A DNA stretch of 31,987 bases. It comes from a virus. The position numbers and the translations under genes were made by a program. The DNA lies in IMG/VR virus record IMGVR_UViG_3300045988_155672, positions 1 to 31,987 of that record. The stretch is one strand, 5' to 3'. The notes below the pieces were generated by a model. The model worked only from the letters and a program-made list of their open reading frames with translations. It ran no database searches and was not told the DNA's origin. Positions 1-8,579 of this stretch are shown here, piece by piece. The stretch's first letter is position 1, and every line of letters begins with the position of its first letter.

Positions 1-215
1 CTGCGATAACAAAACTAAGTATTCCAACTAAGACAAGTCAATTAGAGAATGATGCAAATTACCAAAACGACACCCAAGTACAAACAACTGTTAATACTGC
101 GATAACAAAACTAAGTATTCCAACTAAGACAAGTCAATTAGAGAATGATGCTAAATATCAAAACGACACTCAGGTACAAACAACTATTACTACTGAAATA
201 GGTAAATTAACGATT
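1..215. repeat. 96-bp (32-codon) tandem repeats inside the tail fibre gene, continuing from 31879-31987
   Basis: Units start at 31879, at 31975 (equivalent to nt 24) and at 120. The first two are nearly identical and the third is diverged. Confidence 0.85.
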
Positions 216-290
216 CCAACCACTACAACAGATTTAACATTTACGTTAGATGATGGAACAATAAGCACCTTGTCAGTTTACACTAAATAA
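1..290 (+). CDS. tail fibre protein, C-terminal end (continuation of the ORF that starts at 30511 and runs off the window end)
   Basis: The frame beginning at nt 3 is open to TAA at 288-290. It encodes more copies of the 32-aa IPTKTSQLENDxxYQNDTQVQTT repeat seen at 31879-31987. Nt 1-36 are identical to 31952-31987. Confidence 0.7.
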   Translation, partial: AITKLSIPTKTSQLENDANYQNDTQVQTTVNTAITKLSIPTKTSQLENDAKYQNDTQVQTTITTEIGKLTIPTTTTDLTFTLDDGTISTLSVYTK

Positions 291-364
291 AGAAGTTAAC
301 CAAAAACAACAAGAAAAAATTAACTATTTTATAAGTAAATAAATAATAATAAAAATATTAAATT

Positions 365-859
365 ATGAATAAAACAAAGTTATTGAAGTTAGCAAGACTT
401 TTGAAGTGCATAAAGGAAAGGCAAACGGATAAAGGATTGTTGATTGTAGAAGATGAATTTGAACCGAATGTAGAGGTTTTTATACCTGATGAAAATGGAG
501 ACCTTGTACCTGCTATGGACGGAGAATATGATGGACAAGATGTAATCATAACTATCGAGGGAGGAGTAATTAAAGAGATAAAACTTAAAGAACCTGAAGT
601 AACAGAAGAGGTAAAAGTAGAAGAGGAATTGGAAGAGGAGGAAGTAGTTGTTGAACCTGAACCTACTAATGAATTGGAAACGAGAGTAAAGGTTTTGGAA
701 GATGAGGTTGCTAAGGTAGTAGAACTTATTAACAAACTTTACGAGATGTTAGAAAAACCTGTGGAAGAACCTGTGGAAGTACAAGAAACTGTTGAGATGA
801 AGAAGCAGGCTAAGAAGCAACGTGGACTTGATTTTTTGGCTCAAGCATTCAAGAAGTAA
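365..859 (+). CDS. putative scaffolding protein
   Basis: 164 aa, very acidic (EEVKVEEELEEEEVVVEPEP), with predicted helical or coiled-coil segments. It lies directly upstream of the capsid candidate. The call rests on position and composition only. Confidence 0.45.
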   Translation: MNKTKLLKLARLLKCIKERQTDKGLLIVEDEFEPNVEVFIPDENGDLVPAMDGEYDGQDVIITIEGGVIKEIKLKEPEVTEEVKVEEELEEEEVVVEPEPTNELETRVKVLEDEVAKVVELINKLYEMLEKPVEEPVEVQETVEMKKQAKKQRGLDFLAQAFKK

Positions 860-903
860 AAATAAATAATAATAAATAAACAAGATTAAAATTATAAAAG
901 ATT

Positions 904-1803
904 ATGGCATATACATTAGATGTAACGGCTCTTAAGAGCTTTATTGAAGAGAACAGAGAATTGTTAATAAGCAAGATTTTTGCATTAACAGATTCCTCTA
1001 AGTACATGAATATTCAGAATGGAATAACTGCTGACACTAACATTCATGGATTGGTAACAGAATTGTCAGTACAAGATGGAAAAGCATGTGGATTTACTCC
1101 TGACGGAAAACAAACCATCACAGCAAGAAAATTAGTCCCAACTTATTTTAAGGTTAATGCTCAGTATTGTCCTAAAGATTTTTATGGAACGTACAAACAT
1201 TATGAAACAAAAGTAGCTATGGGAAAATCGCCTCTACCATTGGAGGAAGCGTTGGTTACCGATGTAATTAAATCAATAGCCAATAAAAATGAAACCTTGA
1301 TATGGAGTGGTAAAAAAGAAACAGGAGATTTGATTGATGGTTTAACAACTGTTATAGCTGCTGATACTGCAATCCCTGCTGCTAATAAGGTAGAGCAAAC
1401 TGAAGCTACTGTATTTGGTAGATTGCAAGAGATGTTTAATAAAATTCGTGATAAGAGAGTTTCTGCTGTTATGAGTGCTGCTATGTATCGTCAACTTATC
1501 ACTGAACTTGTTAACAAAAACTTCTATCACTATACAGGAGAAGAGAATGAAACCATGACGTTAACATTACCAGGTACTTCATTTAAGATTTATGGTATAG
1601 ATGGAATTGCTGACAGTGATACTAACATTTATGGTTTGGTATGGGAAGAGGTATTCATGGGAGTAGATAACGCTGATGATGCTTCTCAATTCGACTTTTT
1701 CTGGTCTAATGATGACAGAGTGTATAAATTAGATATAGAGTGGGTGTTAGCTGTTAACTACATGTTTTCGGATAATGTTTACGTTTATTCTAAGAAAGCG
1801 TAA
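904..1803 (+). CDS. putative major capsid protein
   Basis: 299 aa ORF immediately after the scaffold-like gene and followed by a strong terminator. Size and composition fit an HK97-fold coat protein. No motif-level proof. Confidence 0.55.
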   Translation: MAYTLDVTALKSFIEENRELLISKIFALTDSSKYMNIQNGITADTNIHGLVTELSVQDGKACGFTPDGKQTITARKLVPTYFKVNAQYCPKDFYGTYKHYETKVAMGKSPLPLEEALVTDVIKSIANKNETLIWSGKKETGDLIDGLTTVIAADTAIPAANKVEQTEATVFGRLQEMFNKIRDKRVSAVMSAAMYRQLITELVNKNFYHYTGEENETMTLTLPGTSFKIYGIDGIADSDTNIYGLVWEEVFMGVDNADDASQFDFFWSNDDRVYKLDIEWVLAVNYMFSDNVYVYSKKA

Positions 1804-1834
1804 AACTTTTTAATTAACTAAATATATATGTAGA

Positions 1835-1870
1835 GGTGGGAGCGAATTAGAAGTACCTCTCACCTTTTTT
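1835..1870 (+). terminator. rho-independent terminator
   Basis: GGTGGGAG (1835-1842) pairs with CTCTCACC (1857-1864) including one G-U pair, followed by T6. Confidence 0.6.
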
Positions 1871-1896
1871 AATAAATAAATAAAAAATAATTAAAT

Positions 1897-2451
1897 ATGA
1901 TTTGTAATCAATCTTTATCAAATATAACAAGACCATGTGGAAGTGGTAAGGGTGGTTTGAAAATGGAGGTTTATATTACACTCCGTTCAAACGTTGATTT
2001 TAACTCCATAGCTTTTGTTGAGACAGCAGAACCATATAACGTTATTAAAACTTTACCATTGTTAAACGAAGCAAAATGGAATAAGTTTGAATTTAACAGA
2101 AATGCTGCTGACTTTACTTCTGAGGCTCAATTCGATGGTACAACAAATGAGTTGGCTTATTTTCAAAATACTCTTAATATTGCATTCAGAAAAATGGACG
2201 CTGCATTGAGATTATCCGTTATGGCTCTTTTGTCTAATGAAGTGGTTGTAGCTTTTGAAGATAATAATGGTGTTAAATACTTTTTAGGTTATGATGAGTA
2301 CGTAGCTTCCAATAGTGCTTCTCACGCAACAGGAGCTAATAAAACAGATTCCAATGTGGTATCAATAGCTTTAACAGATTCTTCAGATTCTTTACCTTAT
2401 CAAATATCTGATGAGTGTTGGGCTACAATAACAGCGAACGTTGCTCAGTAA
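1897..2451 (+). CDS. virion protein, possibly major tail/tube protein
   Basis: 184 aa ORF with the same AAATAAATAA-type leader as the scaffold and capsid genes. It sits between the capsid gene and a terminator. Function is inferred from position only. Confidence 0.3.
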   Translation: MICNQSLSNITRPCGSGKGGLKMEVYITLRSNVDFNSIAFVETAEPYNVIKTLPLLNEAKWNKFEFNRNAADFTSEAQFDGTTNELAYFQNTLNIAFRKMDAALRLSVMALLSNEVVVAFEDNNGVKYFLGYDEYVASNSASHATGANKTDSNVVSIALTDSSDSLPYQISDECWATITANVAQ

Positions 2452-2480
2452 TTATTAACTTAAAAAGAAAGGAGAATGTG

Positions 2481-2513
2481 GAGGATTCCAATTAAGGAGT
2501 CCTCTTTTTTTTT
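2481..2513 (+). terminator. conserved hairpin terminator, copy 1 of 4
   Basis: GAGGATTCC-AATTAA-GGAGTCCTC forms a 9-bp stem with one G-U pair, followed by T9. Near-identical copies are at 3392, 15931 and 25274. Confidence 0.8.
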
Positions 2514-2523
2514 ACACCTAAAC

Positions 2524-2550
2524 CATGAAAACGCATAGAACACTTCGTTG
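2524..2550 (+). promoter_or_regulatory. promoter-like motif YATGAAA-N12-CTTCGTTG, copy 1 of 6
   Basis: CATGAAAACGCATAGAACACTTCGTTG. Copies with the same fixed spacing are at 7689, 18098, 19131, 20915 and 25315, each upstream of an accessory gene. Confidence 0.5.
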
Positions 2551-2577
2551 TATAAGGAAATATTAAATTATTCTTTT

Positions 2578-3372
2578 ATGAGAAACAAAGAAATTACAAA
2601 CCCCGTAACCATGGTGAAGAAGAGTAGTCAGGTTACAAGCAATTTTAATTTAGTTAGAAATTTGGAGAGCTTTGAGATTAACCAAAGAACCTCCGATGGA
2701 ATGTTTAACGCAACTTCTTTATTGAAGCAATGGAACAGCGTGGAGGGTAACACGAGAAGAAGAATGAATGAGTTTCTTAACAGTCCAAACACCCAAGAAT
2801 TTATCCAAACCATCAAGGAAGAAGAGGGGTTAATCGGAAAAACGCAAGTCGCTGATAATCAACATGGACGGAAAAGCGTCGATGTTGAAAATCAGGTAGT
2901 TACGAAATCCTACAATGATGGGGTTATTTGCTTCAAAAAAGGACGAATGACTAAAGGATTAGGAAAGACTCCTGATGAGTATTGGTTCCACCCATTCTTG
3001 TTTATCAAGTTTGCTATGTACTTAAATCCAAAGTTTGAGTATAAAGTTATTAAATTCGTTTATGATAATTTGGTTAACTTGAGGGTTGATATAGCGAACA
3101 GGTATAAGAGATGGACTTCAGCATTAAAGAGTGCAGGAGCAAAAGAACCTGAAGATTATCAACGTATAGCCAAGTGTATGAACTATACTGTATTCGGAAA
3201 GCATTTTGAGGGCATTCGAGACCACGCAACAACAGAAGAGATAGCGGAGATGCAAAAACACGAAGACTTCATTATTAAAGGCATTGAATACGGTATGTTC
3301 ACTAATCTTAAACAAATCAGGGGTTATTTTGAAAAGGAGTTCTATAAGAAGAGTTCAACATATTTTAAGTAA
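2578..3372 (+). CDS. KilA-N domain protein, paralogue 1
   Basis: FEINQRTSDGMFNATSLLKQWN ... YWFHPFLFIKFAMYLNPKFEYKVIKFV fits the KilA-N pattern, and the protein is closely similar to 25380..26144. The ORF-track start at 2548 is a TTG inside the promoter-like motif. The first ATG is 2578, and similarity to the paralogue begins at ATG 2611. Confidence 0.75.
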   Translation: MRNKEITNPVTMVKKSSQVTSNFNLVRNLESFEINQRTSDGMFNATSLLKQWNSVEGNTRRRMNEFLNSPNTQEFIQTIKEEEGLIGKTQVADNQHGRKSVDVENQVVTKSYNDGVICFKKGRMTKGLGKTPDEYWFHPFLFIKFAMYLNPKFEYKVIKFVYDNLVNLRVDIANRYKRWTSALKSAGAKEPEDYQRIAKCMNYTVFGKHFEGIRDHATTEEIAEMQKHEDFIIKGIEYGMFTNLKQIRGYFEKEFYKKSSTYFK

Positions 3373-3391
3373 AGAAAACATGTACTATGGA

Positions 3392-3423
3392 GAGGATTCC
3401 AATTAAGGAGTCCTCTTTTTTTT
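3392..3423 (+). terminator. conserved hairpin terminator, copy 2 of 4
   Basis: The 32 nt at 3392-3423 are identical to 2481-2512. Confidence 0.8.
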
Positions 3424-3431
3424 ATCTATAT

Positions 3432-3452
3432 ATCTAATTTATAATAAAATAA
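3432..3452 (+). promoter_or_regulatory. candidate late-type promoter element (A/T)CTAATTTATAATAAAATAA
   Basis: ATCTAATTTATAATAAAATAA here matches AGCTAATTTATAATAAAATAA at 15970-15990. Both follow a copy of the conserved terminator and precede a structural gene. Confidence 0.35.
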
Positions 3453-3458
3453 ACTGTT

Positions 3459-4724
3459 ATGAATTATAATCCGTATAAGAGTAGTAGGTTCACGATTAAC
3501 TTGGGTAGTCATAATTATGATAACAAGTATATGAATTATAAAGTCTATCTGTATTATGTTAATCCGAATTTGAATATACCACGATATGTAGTAATGTACA
3601 ATGGAAAAACGTTAGTAATAAATAGTAGTACTACGATAGATGTAAGTGATGTCATAAGGGACTATTCATTTAGGGAGAGCATTAAATACAATGAAGAGAA
3701 GCAGAGGTATGAGGTGAATGACATAAATCCATTACCATTGAACACTGTTGAAAATATTGAGTACACATATAAGTTATTATTAAACTCGAATATAAGGATA
3801 GAGTTATTAGATGAGAACGGGGAAATTGTTAAACACCTTACAAAACCATTCAGTATTTATGTTAATAACGATGTAATACCACTTGTAAGCATTGTTGGGG
3901 GTACGTTAACCAATTATAATAAGAGTGATATAGTAAATCATGTTCCGTACGTTAAAACAGACGAGTATTGGGTTAATTTAAGTTATGTTATATTAAATCA
4001 AAATAAAACCATATATCCTGCGTTAAAGAGTAAGAATAGCACTAACATCAGACTGAGGACGAATGCAAGGGGTAATTATTTTAACAATATAACTCTTAAG
4101 AATTTTATCAGTACAATGGAGAGCAGTTTGAGGAGAATGATAGTATATACAGGGGGAACTGCAAGGCCTAATTTTACTAAGACAATTTTTTCTAATGTAC
4201 ATACGTTAAACACTCTATTACCTCCTATTGGTGCGGATATTAGTATATACAATCCCTCTACTTCAAAGCCTTTAATTGATGGTGATAAAATTATGTTAAA
4301 CTATTATAAAGAGCAAACGGTTGTTAACACTAATGATTGTATTACTGTAATAGATAAGAGTTGTCCATCAAAATATTATTTAACGTGGTACGATGAAGAT
4401 GGTTGGCATTCAGTGGGTTTAAGAAATGTTACAGAGGTTAGGGAGAATAAGCAAACCAATATTAGCAATATTTATAATGAGACTATCAACATATCGAATA
4501 CCATAACAAAAAGATTCAGATGTAAGAGTAATAAGTTAACCAATGAGGAGGTAGTAGGTTATGTTAAAATGGTTCAGACTCCTTACGTGGTTTTATATGA
4601 CACTAATAAAAACAAGAGTTACTTTTGTAATTTAACAACAAGTACAACGGAGTACATTAAGAAGAACGTTATAGATAAATTTTTTGAGTTTGAGATTGAA
4701 GAGATAATAAAAGATAACAGATAA
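3459..4724 (+). CDS. virion/tail-associated protein (function unknown)
   Basis: 421 aa, N/T/Y-rich and beta-type in composition. It is tightly packed with the 859-aa ORF that follows. Confidence 0.35.
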   Translation: MNYNPYKSSRFTINLGSHNYDNKYMNYKVYLYYVNPNLNIPRYVVMYNGKTLVINSSTTIDVSDVIRDYSFRESIKYNEEKQRYEVNDINPLPLNTVENIEYTYKLLLNSNIRIELLDENGEIVKHLTKPFSIYVNNDVIPLVSIVGGTLTNYNKSDIVNHVPYVKTDEYWVNLSYVILNQNKTIYPALKSKNSTNIRLRTNARGNYFNNITLKNFISTMESSLRRMIVYTGGTARPNFTKTIFSNVHTLNTLLPPIGADISIYNPSTSKPLIDGDKIMLNYYKEQTVVNTNDCITVIDKSCPSKYYLTWYDEDGWHSVGLRNVTEVRENKQTNISNIYNETINISNTITKRFRCKSNKLTNEEVVGYVKMVQTPYVVLYDTNKNKSYFCNLTTSTTEYIKKNVIDKFFEFEIEEIIKDNR

Positions 4725-4730
4725 AAAGAT

Positions 4731-7310
4731 ATGCGTTTATTATTATATATAAATAAATCTTGGGTTGAACCTGATTTGGATAGGAATAATGAAAACATAA
4801 TCTCTCTTAACTTTAATTTTGAGAGTTTTGAAAATCCTACTGATTATATAAGTGAATATTCCTACGATTGTAATATCCCGAAGACAGAGAAGAATAATAA
4901 ACTATTCGAGTTCTTTTTCAGGCTTGATTCGGTTAAAGTTTATAATATACCAATCCCTTACCTTTATATTAGTGATGGTGATACGATAAGCAAGGGTAAC
5001 TGTATTATTAAAGAGATGAACCAAGATGAGTACGTTATATCGCTCAATGGTACGCTCTCCACAGTATTCAATGGTTTGTTAAATTCAGGTTGGTATAATA
5101 CTACTGATGATGAGGATTTTTATAAACTAAGTCAACCTTTTCAAAATATTATGTTAAATCCTAACACCATAATCAGGTCATACCAAAAAGAGGAGATGGA
5201 TTGGGATATTTTAACAGGAGCAAGCAATACCAACAGATTTATCAATACAATCGGTTTCATGCCTACCAATAATACGGAGCATAAGAATTTTAACAATGGT
5301 AAATGGTTATTCTTAAATAAATTTTATAACGTTGGTGAATATCCTAACTCAACCTCTTCTAATTCAATAGGAGAGACGACAGAGCAAGAGATGGCTGAAT
5401 TTAGATGTACTCAGTTGAGACCTTATATATATGTAAAAAGACTGTGGGAGATTTATCAAAAGGAATGTAAAAACATAACAGGGTATGAGTTGGTTTTGGA
5501 TAAGAGATGGTATAATGAATCCTACCCTTATCTTAAACAAGTGATATATACCTTACCAAAATTGAATACGGAGAGCAACAGTAGTACCAATCAATATATA
5601 GGAGATAAAATTATTGCTAATATAAGTAAAGGTAATTTTTCTCAATGGTACGGATTAAACAAGACAATCACTTCACCTTATACAGTAACAGCTAATGAAG
5701 CTAACACAGCAAGGTTCGAGTGGTCTATTCCTGTTGATTTTACGAGTGTAGGAGAATGGGTTGCTAACTATACTATATTTGACCCAAGACAGTACATAGT
5801 GCTTACCATTACTATTAAAAATGATAACCAAACTTATATAACAAAAAAAATAGCTTACGTGCCTCTACCAACCATAAAGAACAGTGATGGTGATTATGTG
5901 ATTGGTAACCTAAGTCAAAATATGTTAAATTCAATCAGACAAGCTACGGGAGCAAGTGAGGTGAGACAATATAGGTATGACGTTAACAATACTTATAATA
6001 ACAGCACTCAAACAACTTATCATAATTTTGGTTATATTACAGGGGGTATAAGTATAAATAACTGTACGAATGCTTATATGGAGATTAAAATCCAAACAGG
6101 TACAACATACGTAAGGCTTAACCCAATACAGAGAATTGTTAAAGATGGTGATAATTATACGTTAACAAATATTGAGAAGTATGGTTGGCAACAGGGTAAG
6201 TTCGATTCAATCCCTATAATAAATTCTACACTTATATATAATAATGGTACGGGTAGTGAGGTAACAATGGCGAGATTATTCAGTAACCAATCACCGTTCG
6301 TAGTATTGTTAAAATATTCTAAGATGTTAGGCTTACTATGGGTTGTTGATGACTATAAGGAAAATGTAACAGTTATTCGTAGGGCTGATTATTTTTACGA
6401 TTGTTTTCATAAAGATTTGAGTAGTAAAAATCCACCCGTTTATCCTTATACAGGTTTTTATGATATAACCCATTTAACAGATATGAAAAGTTACACTATA
6501 ACCCCTATATCTTGGGAACAACGTGATTTATCATTTAACTACGATACAGGTGAGAAAAATTATGGTGAACCTTATGAAAAGAAGTTTAACTTAACGTATG
6601 GGTCAATTATAGTACATACTGAAAACAAAACCAATAACGATATTCAAAAACTACTTGGGCAAACCGAATATAATAAAATTAACCCACCAATAGTGTCAAG
6701 CGAATGGATACAGGATTTGAGGGCTAAGCAAGCTAACAGGATAGGTAAATTCCAAGATGACCCTTATGTAAATGATGTGGAGAATACGTTTTGTTATAGG
6801 TTAAAAAATTCTAATTATACCATTGCAACAAGATATAATAACTATAAGGTGGAAAATGGTGAAGCGTACGTAACGATAAGTGGGGATACAACAATAGAAA
6901 TCGAAAATCAAGAGTTTTGTTGGCATTCTAATACTATGTCAACAGATGTTAAAACATTTATTCGTCCCGTATTCTCAGCCTATAATGAGGAGGGTTATTC
7001 AATACTGTTCGGTCAACCAAAAGAGGTTTATGTTAATTCAATTCCTGTAACTGATAATTATCTTTTTAATGTTGAGTGGAGGGATTACTTTTCAGAAGTC
7101 TATAACATAAATAATAAAACAATCTCCTGCTATGCTAAAATCGATGGACAGTTATATAACAGATTGAAAATACTCCCTTTTGTTACATTGGGGAATATGG
7201 GTTATATGGTGATGTCTATTGAAGATTGGAGTGATGAAAATGAATTAACAAAAATAACTCTTAAACAAATTAACAGCGTACAACAATTATATACTAAAAA
7301 GAATATATAA
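4731..7310 (+). CDS. large tail/baseplate-type structural protein
   Basis: 859 aa, the largest ORF in the window, N/Y/T-rich with no enzymatic motif recognised. Size and context suggest a tail-tip or baseplate protein. Confidence 0.4.
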   Translation: MRLLLYINKSWVEPDLDRNNENIISLNFNFESFENPTDYISEYSYDCNIPKTEKNNKLFEFFFRLDSVKVYNIPIPYLYISDGDTISKGNCIIKEMNQDEYVISLNGTLSTVFNGLLNSGWYNTTDDEDFYKLSQPFQNIMLNPNTIIRSYQKEEMDWDILTGASNTNRFINTIGFMPTNNTEHKNFNNGKWLFLNKFYNVGEYPNSTSSNSIGETTEQEMAEFRCTQLRPYIYVKRLWEIYQKECKNITGYELVLDKRWYNESYPYLKQVIYTLPKLNTESNSSTNQYIGDKIIANISKGNFSQWYGLNKTITSPYTVTANEANTARFEWSIPVDFTSVGEWVANYTIFDPRQYIVLTITIKNDNQTYITKKIAYVPLPTIKNSDGDYVIGNLSQNMLNSIRQATGASEVRQYRYDVNNTYNNSTQTTYHNFGYITGGISINNCTNAYMEIKIQTGTTYVRLNPIQRIVKDGDNYTLTNIEKYGWQQGKFDSIPIINSTLIYNNGTGSEVTMARLFSNQSPFVVLLKYSKMLGLLWVVDDYKENVTVIRRADYFYDCFHKDLSSKNPPVYPYTGFYDITHLTDMKSYTITPISWEQRDLSFNYDTGEKNYGEPYEKKFNLTYGSIIVHTENKTNNDIQKLLGQTEYNKINPPIVSSEWIQDLRAKQANRIGKFQDDPYVNDVENTFCYRLKNSNYTIATRYNNYKVENGEAYVTISGDTTIEIENQEFCWHSNTMSTDVKTFIRPVFSAYNEEGYSILFGQPKEVYVNSIPVTDNYLFNVEWRDYFSEVYNINNKTISCYAKIDGQLYNRLKILPFVTLGNMGYMVMSIEDWSDENELTKITLKQINSVQQLYTKKNI

Positions 7311-7693
7311 TGGGATTGATAAATAGAAAAGAATTACAATCTAACGCACGTAAAGTTAATAGAAGTAAAAACGGTTCACCTGAATACCAACTACAATGTA
7401 AATGCGTACAATGGTTCAGAAGCAACTATCCTGAATACCTCATCTTCCAAGTACCTAATGAAGCAACCCATAAGAATGGTGAAAAATTCCATAATAGCGG
7501 TACACTAAACGGCGTATCAGATTTAATAATCGTTAAAGATAAACAAATCCTCTTTATTGAGATGAAGTCTGAAAAAGGTGTACAGAGAAGAGAACAATCC
7601 GAATTTGAATATAAGGTAAAAGAACTCGGGTTTGATTATTATATAGTAAGAGATTTTGAAACGTTTAAGAAAATAATTTGTAGTGAACCATGA
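7310..7693 (+). CDS. VRR-NUC domain nuclease
   Basis: GVSDLIIVKDKQILFIEMKSEKGVQRREQSEFEYKVKELGFDYYIV fits the VRR-NUC PD-(D/E)xK pattern (D...ExK...Q). Its start overlaps the upstream stop (TAATG). Confidence 0.8.
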   Translation: MGLINRKELQSNARKVNRSKNGSPEYQLQCKCVQWFRSNYPEYLIFQVPNEATHKNGEKFHNSGTLNGVSDLIIVKDKQILFIEMKSEKGVQRREQSEFEYKVKELGFDYYIVRDFETFKKIICSEP

Positions 7694-7715
7694 AAAGGCA
7701 TATATGACTTCGTTG
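7689..7715 (+). promoter_or_regulatory. promoter-like motif, copy 2 of 6
   Basis: CATGAAAAGGCATATATGACTTCGTTG. It overlaps the VRR-NUC stop codon and ends 9 nt before ATG 7725. Confidence 0.5.
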
Positions 7716-7724
7716 CTATAGAAC

Positions 7725-8537
7725 ATGTCTAACAAAAATGTATTAGTAGGAGAGGCGAAGAATAGTAGCCAACCTACGCAGGAAGTTAAAATTTTTAGTA
7801 GTGAAAAATTCGGTGAGATTAGAACAATGGGTGATACAACTAACCCACTCTTTTGCTTACCCGATGTATGTAGAGCATTATCTGTTGATATAAGTAATGT
7901 TAGAGAAAAGGTAAGAAAGGGGTGGTGCATTAAACACCCCCTTCAGACTAACGGTGGAATCCAAGAAACAACCTTTGTTAATGAATCAGTTTTATATGAT
8001 ATAATTTTCAGTTCGAGAAAAGCTGAAGCTGTTGAGTTCAGGCATTGGGTTACTGATGAAGTTCTACCTATGATTAGAAAGACGGGTGCATATTTAACTA
8101 AAAATACAGCAGAGGCATTAGCAAGTGGAGATATAACAGCTCAGAGAGAATTTATTAAAATGTACTTAACAACTCTTGATGATTTAGAAAAGAAAAATCA
8201 GATGCTACAACAAGCCACTACTAAGATTGAAGAGGATAAACCAAAAGTAGAGTTCCACGATGCTGTACACGATTCAACTAATTTAATGAGTATTCAGGAT
8301 TTTGGTAAGGCTGTTAGTATTGGTGAGAAAACATTATTTAGTGCATTGAGAGATATGGGTATTTTTTATTATGACAAAAGAACTAATCTCCCTTATCAAG
8401 AATATATAAATAGTGGATATTTCAAAGTAATTGAAGGTACGTATAAAAATAAAAGGACAGGGGAAACTATGACATATTTAACTACCAAGATAACAGGTAA
8501 GGGACAGACGTGGTTAACTGATAAATTAAATAAGTAA
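7725..8537 (+). CDS. Bro-N / KilAC (ANT-type) antirepressor-like protein
   Basis: The N-terminus (FGEIRTMGDTTNPLFCLPDVCRALSV ... FRHWVTDEVLPMIRKTGAY) fits Bro-N. The C-terminus (FHDAVHDSTNLMSIQDFGKAV ... NLPYQEYINSGYFKV ... ITGKGQTWL) fits the KilAC/ANT C-terminal domain. Confidence 0.85.
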   Translation: MSNKNVLVGEAKNSSQPTQEVKIFSSEKFGEIRTMGDTTNPLFCLPDVCRALSVDISNVREKVRKGWCIKHPLQTNGGIQETTFVNESVLYDIIFSSRKAEAVEFRHWVTDEVLPMIRKTGAYLTKNTAEALASGDITAQREFIKMYLTTLDDLEKKNQMLQQATTKIEEDKPKVEFHDAVHDSTNLMSIQDFGKAVSIGEKTLFSALRDMGIFYYDKRTNLPYQEYINSGYFKVIEGTYKNKRTGETMTYLTTKITGKGQTWLTDKLNK

Positions 8538-8543
8538 AAAGAG

Positions 8544-8576
8544 AGGGAGCTAATTAAATTTAACTCCCTTTTTTTA
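8544..8576. terminator. bidirectional terminator between convergent genes
   Basis: AGGGAG (8544-8549) pairs with CTCCCT (8564-8569), followed by a T-run and preceded by an A-run for the opposite strand. Confidence 0.55.
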
Positions 8577-8579
8577 TTT

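Noticed and set aside
358-735. Minus-strand ORF opposite the scaffold-like gene, and similar antisense ORFs (1342-1530, 2628-2816, 3124-3315, 10294-10578, 10589-10774, 16817-17092, 17315-17545, 18177-18425, 19130-19363, 21942-22355, 24381-24566, 25896-26087, 26689-27153, 27412-27603, 31365-31559, 31742-31942)
   Set aside because: They are low-complexity Ser/Leu/Phe-rich shadow ORFs lying fully inside well-supported + strand genes. None has an independent signal.
7523-7930. Minus-strand ORF MHHPFLTFSLTLLISTDNALHTSGKQKSGL... that also appears at 20914-21147
   Set aside because: Its apparent conservation is a by-product of the duplicated Bro-N sequence on the + strand. The Bro-N reading is strongly supported by domain motifs.
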